Shown: positions 38,351 through 51,498, counted from the whole stretch's first letter. The stretch is DNA of 58,213 bases, filler included, from Porpidia crustulata (GCA_964255105.1; 5 parts of 5 records of this genome joined end to end with filler, not necessarily neighbours in it); one strand, 5' to 3'. A program made the numbers and translations. Notes: a model not told the origin generated them from the letters alone.

Positions 38351-41300
38351 GGCTGCCATAAGGGTTCTCATTCACTAATTGTGAACCACAATGCTTTCTT
38401 TGAGTTAGATTTTCATTCTGATGAGTGCCATCTCATTGGAAAACCCATGTCGATCTCATTTCTGTTCAAGATTCGCGGCTATCTTGCATCAATCCATGAA
38501 CCTGACACGGATTACACCGTGATTCACTCTGTCTGCCTTAGTGCCTATGCCGCAGGGCATTGCTGTTCTTTCAGATTATCCTTGTTGGTGGCGCATACGG
38601 TCGAAATAATAAGTCCCTGAAATCACCTGGAGGTACCTTACCGACACTATTGACAGAACCAACATCGAACAGATCTTAAAGTGCTGCCGACAGCTACTAC
38701 CTTGTGCCGAACAAAGCGATAGTACTGACAGCTCGTTTTTCTTCTTTTATTTCTCTAAGAATGCTTTAATCATCGTCTAACTATCAGCCTGTTTTCAGTA
38801 TTGTGTCCACCTCTATCAGGAAATCTCGCACCATATGAGTTTTATATTTATGACTTTTTCTGTCAACGCTCTGTCCACTCCCTATCGAAGTGCATAGAAT
38901 ACCAAGGGTGTATCAAGTCTTGATGGAAAACGGAGACATGATCCCGCTTTGAACGCTTGAATCATCACGGAGGCGAACACTTCAGCGGACAAATGATTGA
39001 TTATTTAAAAGGGCCATCAGGTCAAGTAGAATGCAAGATCCTAAACTTTCCATTGCTCTATATGCTAGCTCCCCAGCTGTGCAAACCTTGCCAATGGAGT
39101 CCTTGATCGTTACAATAGACCCGGTCCACTATGGGTCTGAATCTATCCAGAAGCAACGGTGGTGACAACTTACTTACTGTACGTAGTCGTCAAGGTGGCA
39201 TCATAATTCTCGACACCGGCAGAGAATGCAACACATGAAAATCCACAAGGCTGGCACTTGCAAGTGCAGGCCCGAAATGCTTCCTCTCCTGACCAAATCG
39301 ATGCTGCAACACAGAAAGCTACACAGCGATGAATCCCTCTGGTGATGCGACTATCAACGGCGAGGACACTTTAAATCTCCTACAAAAACAACTTCATGTC
39401 GAGACCTTTGTCATCCCGCCCGCACTCTATGAAGAGCAATGCTCTACTAATAACGACGACAAGATTCAAGCACTCACAAGTGCCGCTATTACCCTGCCTT
39501 CTGCAATAAAATCTGCGAAAGCACCATTGTACGTACTTTCACTCGTCCTACACCACTCGACGAGCATCCCCTCCCATACTGAATAACAATAAGGGCCAGC
39601 GGTCTCAACACACCACTCAGCAATAATTCCCTGAGTGCAATGGGGGAATTACTTCATCAGCAAAACTTTAGAACTAAAGTCCTCAGACAAACACTGCCGT
39701 AGGATCTCCGGATTTACATAAATCCTTGGCGCAAGGTCCAAGAGCGCGTAAGAGAATATGAATAGACCTCTTGAGTACCATCGCTCGCGCGAAATAAGTC
39801 CGATGCATAGCTCAGAGCCAAATCCTTCATCTCATCTCAAACCTCGAAATCTTTGTTCTAGCTTCTGAAGGCGTCCAAGCGCCACAGCACCACCCATACC
39901 ATGAGCGACCCGTCATAAATCCCCTAGCCATCCTACAGTGACAACTCTACCTCCTCCAGCTTTACCTCTTATCTATACCCAAATCCAGCTTCCCCCGCTC
40001 TTGCCCCCTCCAGGGTTCATGAAAACAAGATAGAACAGACAAGACACAGCAAGTCTATTCTGCAAGGGAGTTCAGGGCCCTCGGTCCGCATTACTGGAAC
40101 TTGTTCCCCAAGGCAGACTAGAAGTTCAGTCAAATCGAAATTGTCGAGAGTCCAATTGAAAAGAGGGAGCCGGCGAAGAATAGGCCAGTCCCTACCTCCA
40201 AATCCAAGTCCGTCTGAAAGTAAAAGTCTCCGCTTCGCAATGATCCACTCTTCATCCGGTGATGAATTTAGCTCTAGTAACCCCAGGTTGATTTCATATT
40301 GTTTGCTGTAATTATCAGGTTACCAATCAAGCCAGAGCGTATTTGATCATCCTTACCCTACTCGTCGTCTGGGCCTTCAGTATTAACGTCGAGATGAGCC
40401 CTGCAGAGACCTCCTAAGACATTACGTAGATGTTTTTAAGCGAAGCGTCAAATATCTTGTAAGACATATCCGAATCCCTTGCTTAATCGCGTAAATCATG
40501 GCTCTCATGGTCCATGATTGATAGAGCCCTGACAACCATGACAAAAGCATGATATGGTAAGGCTACTTGATTCCAGATACCAGCCACATGATTGGGGATA
40601 TTTATTTCGCATCCCATGATCCGGATTGAGATATCACAGGTGTGATGAAGAATCCTGATCAACGATTGCAGCTATCTGTCACTATTATATTTTCGAGTTT
40701 TGGTAGCCATATCAGCGCGGCGCAGAGCACGGCCAGGTCCCCCCCTTGACTCCGGATACTCCTCTGCTCATTGTAAAGCTTCTTGAGGCAGGCTAAAACG
40801 TAGCCATTTGTATTGTGCGGCTCACGTGGTAGTCAAAGGTGGGACTCATTACAGACCATGCTGCAGATATACTTGCTAAGGTAGGTGTGCCTCGACATCT
40901 TCAGTGGTTCCAGTTCTTAACGGTACCGTGAAAAGTACGAAATTGAAGTGAGAAATAGGTGGTAGCAAGCCCCAGCTGACAAAGTCCTTGTAAACAAGGC
41001 GAAAGATTTCTATTTCCAGATGACGCTCTTCAGGTCGATATGCGTTTGCGGATTATACATAGCTGCAAACAATGACTAGAAGTTCCAGTGAAAGAGAAAA
41101 CCCATTAAGGGAGCTCGTGAGATTGGATTTTCGCGCAACAGTGCGAGGACTGATACATATTCGGAGGTATAATTGAGATGAATAGAGGCCTGACTAAAAC
41201 TTGATAATCATGGAAAAGGTAAGGAAATTGACGAAATACTTGCCAGCAGAGCCACTAACCTACGGAGAGCGTGATATGTAATCTACTGTTGACGAGGTTG

Positions 41301-41424
41301 ACATTTGTAAAGAAGTCATTACACAATAGCTTATGAAGAAAGGAAGATACTGAGAGCACAGAAGGATCAAAGGAGCAACCTAGGTTGGGCTCATCAAAGG
41401 GCGTCAAGGAGAGGAATTGATTAT

Positions 41425-41454
41425 CTTCAATCAGTATACCTTCAATCAGTATAC
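41425..41454 (+). repeat. 15-bp perfect tandem duplication CTTCAATCAGTATAC
   Basis: Read directly from the sequence. Confidence 0.85.
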
Positions 41455-41711
41455 ATGCATCAATGGCTCGAATATAGATGCAGTTCTCATTGAATTAGTA
41501 CACTCATTAGAATTCGTAGAAATTGTGACTAGACTATCTACTTGGACCGCTGGAAATATGGAGTGGCTAGATCTTGATGCTTTGATTTGGAAGGCGATAT
41601 CAAAAGTGAGCTGGCGTCCACTAGCCCTTAAAATTCGCGAGATTATAAGTCCGCAAACTCCGTTGCACATTTCTATCGATCGAAAAGGTTGCCTAGCTTT
41701 TTCATGTAGAT

Positions 41712-44400
41712 ATGCGACGGCCCACCCACAACGCCGTGAAGCTCCCTCGGCAACTCCTTGAGGAACTTGGTGTTGCGGGTGAATCCCTCTCTTCAACGTA
41801 GTGTCTCTCATAGCTAACATTTAGTAGATGGAAATGTTGTGGGCCGGAACAAGCGCGCTGGGCCCCCAGTCCGCAAGCAGCGCAGGAGAGTTGCAAGAGT
41901 ACAAAAGAAGTCCAGGAATCTACCATCAAAGTCTACATCGTTGAGAAGGGCTTCAGTGAAACAACCGGTTGCGAGAGATGATAGGGATAGTGACAGCGAT
42001 GAGGCCTTGCCTGATGTCGTGGAACGGAAAAGTAGTGCAGTCGCTCAACAGCTGAAACATCCCAAGTCAATACTAAAGATCCCAATGCCAAGCTCCGAAA
42101 ATAAAGCAAAGGTTGGAACACCGTCTCCCCAGTCGCTATCAACTCCACCGCCGGTCAGAGTGTCCCAAGGAACAAAGGATCGGCTAGCTGCCGATGACGA
42201 GGAGATTGCAGCTTTGGAGAGAGCGTTGGGTCTAAGGTCCAAGAAGACGCTACCGAAAGCTTTCGAGGAAGACGGCTTAGCTGATCTGATAGATGGCTTG
42301 GGCAGTGCAGGAGGGCCCGAAGACGGACCATTGGGAAAGAGGAAGAGGGGTGACGATCTCAACTGGCTGGAAAGCAAACGACAAAAGGCTTCGGAGAAAT
42401 CTCAAAAGATCACAAACAACACTGGCGAAAGTGCTTCATCAATGGATGTCAGCAATAGCGAAGCAGAAGACCCAAGCAACAGCGATCTAGATGATGGGGG
42501 GACTTTAGTGAACGAGGAAGAAATTGTCTCATCCGAGGAACTTGATGCTGATTTATTGTCAGCACATAATCCGGGCGCAAGAATCCGAGAGAACCCGTAT
42601 GTTGCTCCTGTGACGTCTGTTTCTGCAGGACCCACCAAGTATATTCCGCCTTCTTTGAGAGATACCGCGGTATCACGATCAGATGATTTATTACATTTAC
42701 GACGAAAGATCCAAGGCCTTCTCAATCGTTTGTCGGAAGCTAATTTTGCGTCCGTTCTTGGGGATTTAGAAAAGATATATCGAGATTATCCTCGACAGCA
42801 TGTCTCCTCAACGCTTCTCGACCTACTACTGGGTTTGCTTTGCGATCCCACGAGCTTGCAAGACACTTTCATTATTCTACACGCAGGCTTTCTCGCAGCC
42901 ATACACAAGGTCACAGGGACATATTTTGGTGCGCAAGCGATCGAGAGGATTGATGAGGAATTCGTTAAACATTACAAATTCGATGCGCGCGGAGATAGTA
43001 CAGGGAAAAGAACAATCAATCTGATGAGTCTAATTTCAGAATTGTACAATTTTCAGGTTGTTGGTAGCAGCTTGATGTACGACTTTATTCAATTATTTTT
43101 AAAAGATCTGACAGAAATCAATGCTGAGCTGCTACTGAAGATTATGCGCAGTGAGTTGAGGTTGTTGACGGTGGGAGCATTTATCCGGATATCATCTGAC
43201 TAAAGCGGTAGGTTCTGGATTGCAACTACGACAAGACGATTCATCCTCGCTAAGGAACATTGTTGTTTTACTTCAGCAAGCGATTGAGCGGGTGGGGGAG
43301 AAAAATCTCTCTGTGCGAACAAAATTCATGGTTGAAACTATTCACAATATAAAGAATAATCGTAATAAAAATGGCAGTACTTCGTCCGCGGTCACCTCAG
43401 AACATACCATACGAATGAAAAAAACACTAGGCACTCTCAATACGCGGACCATCAAAGGAATTGAGCCTCTAAGGATTGGACTCAAGGACATTCGTAATAG
43501 TGATAAGCGCGGTAAATGGTGGCTTGTTGGAGCCAGCTACAAAGACGAAAGTCAATCTAGTCTGCCCGTACCAGTTACAAGGAATGCTAGAGAAGGAATG
43601 ATTACAGATGGCGCCACCGCAGATTTGGTCAACCTCGCCAGGGAACACCGCATGAATACCGATGTCCGGCGGTCGATCTTCGTTGCAATTATGTCTGCAA
43701 CGGACTATAATGATGCCTATCTCCGCCTACATAAACTTGGTCTTAAGAAGAAACAAGAGGAAGAAATCCCAAAAGTCTTGATTCATTGCTCTGGTGCCGA
43801 AAATTCGTACAATCCTTTCTATACCTTGCTTGCGCGGCGCGTATGCTCGGATAGGAAGCTCAAGATGGGCTTCCAGCTGTCACTATGGGACTTGTTTAGG
43901 CGAATGGGCGAGGGACAGGATAGCAAAGAGGATGAAAATAGTGATCAGGAGGACGCCCTCGGACTAAGGTACCTCGTCAATTTGGCCAAAATGTTTGGGA
44001 CCCTTGTAGTAGAGGGTGGCTTAGGGCTTGGCATACTTAAGGTGAGTCGCAGTAAGAATCCGCGCACAAGAACAACAATAGCTGATACTGTTAGACGATC
44101 AACCTTGTTTATCTACAAGCAAAGACTCGAACCTTCCTGGAACTCATGTTCGTTACAATATTTCTTCAATTTTCAGGCGATCCAAACAATCGAAAGGCAG
44201 AAGCGTCTCTCACAGAGATATTTCTAAGCCCTAAGGAAATCGCCGCTTTGGCTGGTGACCTGCAGTACTTTTTAAAGAAGGTTGTCAGCAAGACAGATCT
44301 GGCTGGTAGTAAAGGGGAAGAAGAGATTATCAAATGGGGATGCAGAGTAGCAGGGGACGCTTTGAAGGCTGTGGCTTTTGCAAGGACGGCAGACAATTGA
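41712..44400 (+). CDS. SGD1: Nucleolar MIF4G/MA3 protein Sgd1/NOM1
   Basis: Exon 1 MRRPTHNAVKLPRQLLEELG; introns 41779-41827, ~43151-43212, ~44042-44095; KYIPPSLR, GLLNRLSEAN, SELYNFQVV, GKWWLVGA, RMNTDVRRSIF, YNPFY. Confidence 0.92.
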
Positions 44401-44809
44401 GAGCGATAAGGAGTATATTCCTATATCGTATGTCCAGTTTCGGCCACCATAAGTGGGTGGACGATCAATCATGTGCGAAATCTATTTCAATATTCCCCGC
44501 TTATCTACCAGTATGTTCTTTTGAAATATCCTGCTCATGCAGGAGTAAGCTGCCCTCGTGTAAAAGGGACAGGAGAGACACATCAAACGTCAACTGTCAG
44601 TGGTAGCGAAAACGGTTAGCTTTACAACGATTTCCATAGGGCTATAGGGCTGGGGGCCATTGCCGCCACTGGCCGAGCTTCGGTGTAAAGAAATAATAAT
44701 AAATGACAAACAAACAGCTCAATCTTCACAAAAAGCTTTTTTTTGGTCCTGAAGAGTTTCTTCCATCTTCAATCATAAGCCGCCTCTCCTACCTGGGTCC
44801 TCTTTCATT

Positions 44810-46570
44810 ATGTACCGGAACCTAATACCAAGAGCGTCGTCCAGGTCCATAATAAGACCACTAAATCGTGGTTCCTCAGGCGCATTCAACCCACCAAATT
44901 TCTATCTCGTGAATCGAACTTGCAGAGGATATGCAACAGAAGCTCGTAGGTTGAGCAATTCTAGTTCAAATACTCAGCGCTAATCGCCAGCAGAGGAACA
45001 TGATCTTGTCATAATCGGTGGGGGCGTCGGAGGCTATGTCGCAGCAATAAAAGCAGGACAAGAGGGCATGAAGGTGCTTACAACAAAGGGCTATATCTCT
45101 ATCAAATAAATCGCAGAGGCTCATATTGGTCTAGGTGGCATGCATAGAGAAGCGCGGAGCTTTGGGAGGAACGTGTCTCAACGTCGGCTGCATACCCTCA
45201 AAATCATTACTGAACAACTCACACATGTACCACCAAGTTCTTCACGACACGAAAAAGCGGGGCATCGAGGTTGGCGACGTTAAGCTCAATCTCAAACAAA
45301 TGATGGCGGCAAAAAATACCTCTGTGGACGGTCTAACGAAGGGAGTTGAGTTTCTATTCAAGAAAAACAACGTCGAGTACATTAAAGGTACTGCGGCCTT
45401 CTCTGGCGAGCATGAGGTCAAGGTCAACCTGGTTGATGGTGGGGAGCAAACGCTACTAGCCAAGAATATCATAATTGCTACGGGCAGCGAAGCAACGCCA
45501 TTCCCAGGCCTGAATATTGACGAGAAAAAGGTGGTCACAAGTACGGGAGCCATTGCGTTAGATAAAGTACCAGGGAAGATGGTGGTGATTGGTGGTGGAA
45601 TAATTGGTCTCGAAATGGTTGGCTCGCGCAACAAAATTCTTGGCTCAAATAGGAAAGCTGACTGATCGAACAGGGCTCAGTATGGTCGAGATTAGGGGCA
45701 GAAGTCACAGTAGTCGAGTTCCTGGGCCAGATAGGAGGCCCAGGAATGGACGCCGAAATATCGAAAGCAACTCAGAAAATACTAACAAAACAAGGCATAA
45801 AATTCAAGCTCAATACCAAAGTCCTAAGCGGTGACGATAGCGGCGAGGGCGTCAAAGTCGATGTAGAAGCAGCCAAGGGCGGAAAGAAGGAAACTGTGGG
45901 CCCTCCTGATAATTCACTAGACATACGAATCCACTACTAACCGCCCCACCAGCTCGACGCAGACGTCGTCCTCGTCGCTATCGGCCGCCGACCCTACACC
46001 GCAGGCCTCGGCCTCGAAAACATCGGCCTCGAAGTCGACAACAAAGGCCGGCTCGTCATCGACCAACAATACCGGACCAAACTCCCCCACATCCGCGTCA
46101 TCGGCGACTGCACCTTCGGCCCCATGCTCGCGCACAAAGCCGAGGAGGAAGCCGTCGCCGCGATCGAATACATCCAAAAAGGCCACGGCCACGTCAACTA
46201 CGGCGCCATCCCCAGCGTCATGTACACGCACCCCGAAGTCGCCTGGGTCGGCCAGAACGAAGCCGAGCTGAAAGCGGCCGGCGTCAAGTTCAAGACCGGC
46301 AGTTTCCCCTTCAGCGCCAACTCGCGCGCCAAGACCACCCTCGACACCGACGGCCTCGTCAAGTTCTACGCCGACGCCGAGACGGATCGGATTTTGGGGA
46401 TTCATATTGTCGGGTCGAATGCGGGCGAGATGATCGCCGAGGGCGTGTTGGCGATTGAGTATGGGGCGAGCAGCGAGGATGTGGGGAGGACGAGCCATGC
46501 GCATCCGACGCTAGCGGAGGCGTTCAAGGAGGCGGCGATGGCGACGTATGGGAAGGCGATTCATTACTAG
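44810..46570 (+). CDS. LPD1: Dihydrolipoamide dehydrogenase (E3), mitochondrial
   Basis: Mitochondrial presequence, [57 protein letters not shown]; four introns (~44946-44990, 45074-45134, 45618-45673, 45896-45951). Confidence 0.98.
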
Positions 46571-46572
46571 GC

Positions 46573-46672
46573 NNNNNNNNNNNNNNNNNNNNNNNNNNNN
46601 NNNNNNNNNNNNNNNNTTAATTAATTAANNNNNNNNNNNNNNNNNNNNNNNNNNNNNNNNNNNNNNNNNNNN
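46573..46672. other. Artificial contig linker
   Basis: N44-TTAATTAATTAA-N44. Confidence 0.99.
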
Positions 46673-46787
46673 ATATTTGGGTTTGGAAGTTGGCGGGGCT
46701 GTTGGTGTTTATTTGGGGGGTGGAGGGGGTGGGGAATGTGGTGGTGGGGGCTGTGCTGATGGTGCTGTTGGTTCTAGTTGAAGGGAT

Positions 46788-49700
46788 TTATTCCCCGTCG
46801 TCGTTGGTGTTGTAGGGGGGTTCGTCGCTTTGGGATTGCGTGGGGCGATCGTCGTGGCCTGATAGGGCGACTTTAGGATCGCTAGCGACAGCGAGTCCGC
46901 CGTAGCGACGCTCCTTGATGAGCTCGGCCCGCTTGTCGAGGCGCGTTTCTGGTTTTTGATTCAGTGAATAAGGTTTTATGATCATAGCTAAAAGCGTACC
47001 GTTGATCATATCCTCGGCGATTAGGTTTCTAGGGAAGCCGCTTATGGGATAAAAGCTTGTCTGCTCGCTGTGAATGTCCCTCATCCTTAGATAGATTGTC
47101 GTAGAGCTGAGCTGGGAAGGTACAGCTATATTGACGGGTTCATCGAAGCGGAATTGTGCTCTGTTGATCATGTCCACAATCATGCTTTCTATAATCGGTA
47201 TCTGTCGATGAGTTAGCGTAGTTGCACCCCGAGAACCACAACCACTTGCCTTATTTCTATCAGGGTCGCCGATGTCGTCTTTGACCGTGAAAAATGGCTG
47301 ATAACCAGATGACTGCTGGTGTCGTATGTGGTCTCCCAATGCACGCATATTACTATGCGATTCGGAGAGTTTACCTTCAAATCGACATACAATTCTCCCT
47401 GTAAACGTATTGTCACAATAAGCATTATAGAGAGTATTGAAGGCTAGTCATACCTGTGCAGGTCCACATCCCAGAATCTTCATCGTACCAAAAGCGTTCC
47501 TTGGAAAAGTAGAATGTGCTGGCGACAAGTATGTGAGTTATTTTCTCAATGATCTTTCGATACTCGTCCGTTCTGAGCAGTCGGGTGCCCAAGTCTTGAA
47601 GCTCTGCTAGTTTGTCTTTTTCATCCATCTGGGGAGGTTCGCGCAATAAGTCTAGGTTCACGCGGATGAAGCGGGAGTCTTGTTCTCTTCCTTGTTTTGC
47701 ATCGGACATGTCATTGCGAAATCGCTTCCACTCAAGCTCTGCATCCAGGATATTTTCAATTCGATTAACCTTTGATTCTGTTAGCATTATACGTTTTCGG
47801 CAGATACCGTATCCAAAAGCGAGTGTATGAGGGGACACCGACAAGAACGCCAAAAAGTTTAGCTACAAGCTTGTAAGAGCTCCCTCGCTTCCACTTGGGC
47901 TTGCTTCTTCGCTTTGACTTTGCAGTTGTATCTGGATTGCTTGACCGCGTTGTTGCTTGTTGCCTACTAAGAAGAGGGTCATACTCCGCTATCTGTTCTG
48001 CTAGCTGTCGACCGTATTTACCGGTACCGAGAGATAGGAGGATGTCAGGAGGATTTTCCGCAACGTCCGGCCACAAGAATTTCCTTTCGTGATTAGAAAC
48101 GCTAGCCAGGTTATTGTGGTACAGAGCACCGTCAAGATATGTCTTCAAAGGAAACCTACTGGTTACTAAGGGCTTGAAGAACGATGGTGCGGCAGGGGTG
48201 GCACTCGCTGCCTCTTAGATCCGAAGATGGTGAGGAAACTCAAATCTATGACTTGGTTCGCTCTCTTCGTGTCGACTATAGTTTGCCAGAACCAATCCCG
48301 TTTCGCCAGTACCAGAAGTTGCTGTTACAGCGACTTGAGTAGTATAGCTCAGATGTGCTTTTCGGCGACCACCATACAACAAGTCGTCTCCAAAAGCTGA
48401 TCGAAGAGCCTCGCGAAGAGGTTGTGTCTTATATTTGCTCCCGTGAACCAAAGTTGTGGCTGCCTCAAGGCCAAGAACATTGCTAAATTCTCGTGGGGTG
48501 AATGCTTGGTCGCATAATCTAACGAATTCAGTGACACACTGATTAATAGTCCATTGTTTTACCCCAAGTCCAAGGGCTATAATTCCACCGGTGCTAAGAG
48601 TGCAAGTCAGTGGCTGCTCAACGCATAACGAGCAATGTTGTACCTTGTGCCTACGATGAGGTCAAAAAACGCTTGGATTGGGATCTTGCCGCCTAGTGCA
48701 AGCTCAATAGCTCTGAGAACTTCAAGTTCCAAGATGCCACGCATGCCGCCGCTGAATCCAATTAGTCAAAGCATACATCAAATATTGAATAATGTTACAA
48801 CCCATCAAGCGTCAAAATCCTCACCCCAGTATAATCTGGTTTAAAATGGATTATCCAGGGTCTGTCAAATCTTTGGGTCGAGTGAAGTGGACAAAAATCC
48901 ATGAGCATCGAGTGAGAATCATGGTGATAATCGTATGCTTTGATACACCCGGTGCACAGCACATGGCCGCATTGCAAAGGATGCTCAGGAACCTCCATAA
49001 GGCAGCAGTAGCAGGTGGTGAGACTAATAAACCTTATGTTGTACCCTTCGTAGGAGCGGAAAAATTTTCCCATGCATTTTTGGTGAAGATTGTATGCCCA
49101 AATCCTATCATTGACAGTCAAAGGTTCGTCTTTTCTTGGTACAGTAGCATTTCGTTTCTCTTGGAATTCGGCTTCGATTTCTTGCAAACGACTTTTGAGG
49201 AAGATCTTCCATTGATCGGAGAAATTAAAGGACGAAAACGCAGGTTCGTAGGGCCCAGATGAGATGATTTTGCCTCTCGCCGTCTGATGTCCCTTGGCGG
49301 TATGAGAAGATTTGACATTCACGCAGGCTTTACCTTGTCTGCTGACGAAACTACAGGGCCAGTATCTATCACAGAAATGCTCAAGCGCTGCAACGCAAGA
49401 GTTTGCGTAGAATTTATCAAAAAGATCCGATGCTTTGCCTGTGAGACAGTATATCAGTCCGAGCTCCTTTAATCGTTATGAGCATTCTCACCTGGTCTGC
49501 TTACTCTTATGCAATCAGTAAATATACACGACGCGATCATGCAACTGAGAACTCTGAAGAGCTGAGGACCATCACGTACGTGTGTCACTCCTCTTATTCT
49601 GACTGCCATGGCAAGGATGTGATCTCCAAAGTCTCGAGGAATTGGATTATTTCGAAGAGCTACATCGACAAAGTTGAACAGTTGATCTTCCTTTGTTGTG

Positions 49701-51498
49701 AAGTGATCAAATCCCGCCTGCAAATATGCATCTAACTCCTTAACGTTTGATAACATGTGTGAATCATTTTTCGCGCTGAAGGATGCGTCGCAGTGCAGAA
49801 CAATTTTGTGATGCAACTTGTTGATCTGAGAATTGATTAACATGTAATGGCCTTTTTCCGGAATGCGAACGACGGAAATTTCTGCATAATAGCAGCGGAC
49901 AAGATCCAACGTGTTGTTGATTCTTTTCCCTTTCTTACGCCAATGCTCAGCATATTTTACAAAGGGTTTTCAAACACAGCGTTGGCGACATGTCCCATCA
50001 AGCGCTCAATTGCCGTAGCGATGTCCCATTCCTCATCGTCGACATCTGGATGAGTGGCGTTGAGCACAATAATTGCATGGGGAATTGTTGGTTGATTGAT
50101 AGAAGATTCAAGCGACGTCGACGCCCAATCAAGGAGCAGTGTGAGCGCAGAGGATTCAAAAGTCCTACGCCGTCAGTCTAGCTTGACCAGATCAGGAAGA
50201 GATTACCTAGTATTTCGCAGGACGAAGACTATGACGTCCGAAAAGGTATATAGTAAGCGGGGATACACTCTTTTGACGGCCCACTCCCTATTTCTGGCAT
50301 CACTGTTTGACTTCGCATAAACAAGTTCGCGTGGCTGGGTTTTAAAGAAGCCCTGTCGCCCTTGGCTTTGGACATTCTTGTTCTTTTGTCGCAACTTGTT
50401 AGCTGCAGGCTCCATTACGCCACCTTGTAACCCTTCGCAGTCAGCGTATAGCATGGCAATCTGGTGTAGGCGGTCTCCGGATCCGCATAAAGATGGACGT
50501 CGCCAGAAGTTGGCGACTTGTCATGCTTCATGGATCCAATCACGGGGCTTTCGAACGATGAATTCGCGTGCATTGAAAGCTTATGCTCCTTTAAAGATAC
50601 AAGCATTTTAATTAGAATGCTCTTTCCTGCTCCCAGAGTCCACGCATTAGATCAAGGAGAATGGTCTGTACCAGAACGCTCACCTGTCTCCCCAACAAAA
50701 GAGACTAGCTGAGGGTATCTCACGCCAGCGTTTGGTTGCTTCGTATCTGCCATGAAAGCCGCGAAGCGCCCGTGATCCTGAAAAATAGGAGGGCCATTGA
50801 AGTCTTTTTCTATGCCAAACCAAGTAGTAGTCTCGTCTTCTTGGTGCAGGCGACTGAGCTCAAAGACACTTTCTGGTGAGTCAAGAATCCGTTTGAGCCG
50901 CTCATACATTTCTTTGTCCGTCCGCTCGTGAGGAAGGCCATCAGGACCAGTCTTGCCGGGGCGATGCGGGCCTTGCTTGTCCCAGCAAGAATCACAGTAG
51001 ATGGAGCTGCAGTTCAGACAGAGTGACTTGGAGACTGAGGCTATTCTCGTGCATCCAGACCCTTCACATTGAAGAACATATTGTGATCCTTTCAGAGGAG
51101 CAATTAGAAACAACTAATTGAGAGGCATTGAAAAAAAGTGCGCAAAATGAGCTGAACCTCAGCTTGGGGGTTATTCCCAAAAGAAAAGGGTCTGGGAATC
51201 CAGTGCAACAAGGCTCCATCCTGTGCCACGAGGCTTCATCCTGCATGTCAATAATGCTGGTTGATCAAATACGTTCTGGCCCAACTCATCTAGACCATAT
51301 TCTGTTTACGCCATAGGCTACTTACGATGAGTCCTGTTTCTTTAGCTTGGCTCCAAGCGCTGTAAATGTCCTGTCAGAGCAGGCTTCCCACCTCCGTTTG
51401 GGATCAGCTCCATCATGGAGGCTTGGCAACCGCGGTGGGTAGTTCGTATGGATGAAGCTCCTTCGTCTGAGCACCACCTGCCAATAACCTTCGGTCAT
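46788..51498 (-). pseudogene. Multi-exon B-box-like Zn finger + P-loop GTPase-like + RING-like + patatin phospholipase gene, disrupted
   Basis: CLNCSSIYCDSCW..H; VSFVGET/GAGKS; PTSGDVHLYADP; LYADCEG; LYTFSDVIVFV; CYCC..PEHPLQCGHVLCTGC; LTLDGGGMRG; FDLIVGTSTGG; DGALYHNN. Lesions: frameshifts near 50456 and 49960, TAA at 48215-48217 replacing W of WEAA, and TGG at the expected splice acceptor near 50633. Gene ends are approximate. Confidence 0.85.

Noticed and set aside
45917..46504. 195-aa antisense ORF over LPD1, and similar antisense ORFs over PHO84, RPC34, cysteine synthase and ATG14
   Set aside because: Shadow ORFs produced by codon bias of the real genes on the opposite strand.
11591..46672. 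Four identical TTAATTAATTAA motifs at ~11.6-kb spacing, and any gene cluster spanning them
   Set aside because: They sit inside N runs and contig lengths fall monotonically (11590, 11579, 11558, 11545, 11541), so this is a concatenation linker. The HeLo and patatin genes are therefore not physically linked.
48215..48217. TAA at a conserved Trp in the patatin gene as an A-to-I-corrected stop
   Set aside because: The same gene has two frameshifts and a lost splice acceptor that editing cannot repair.
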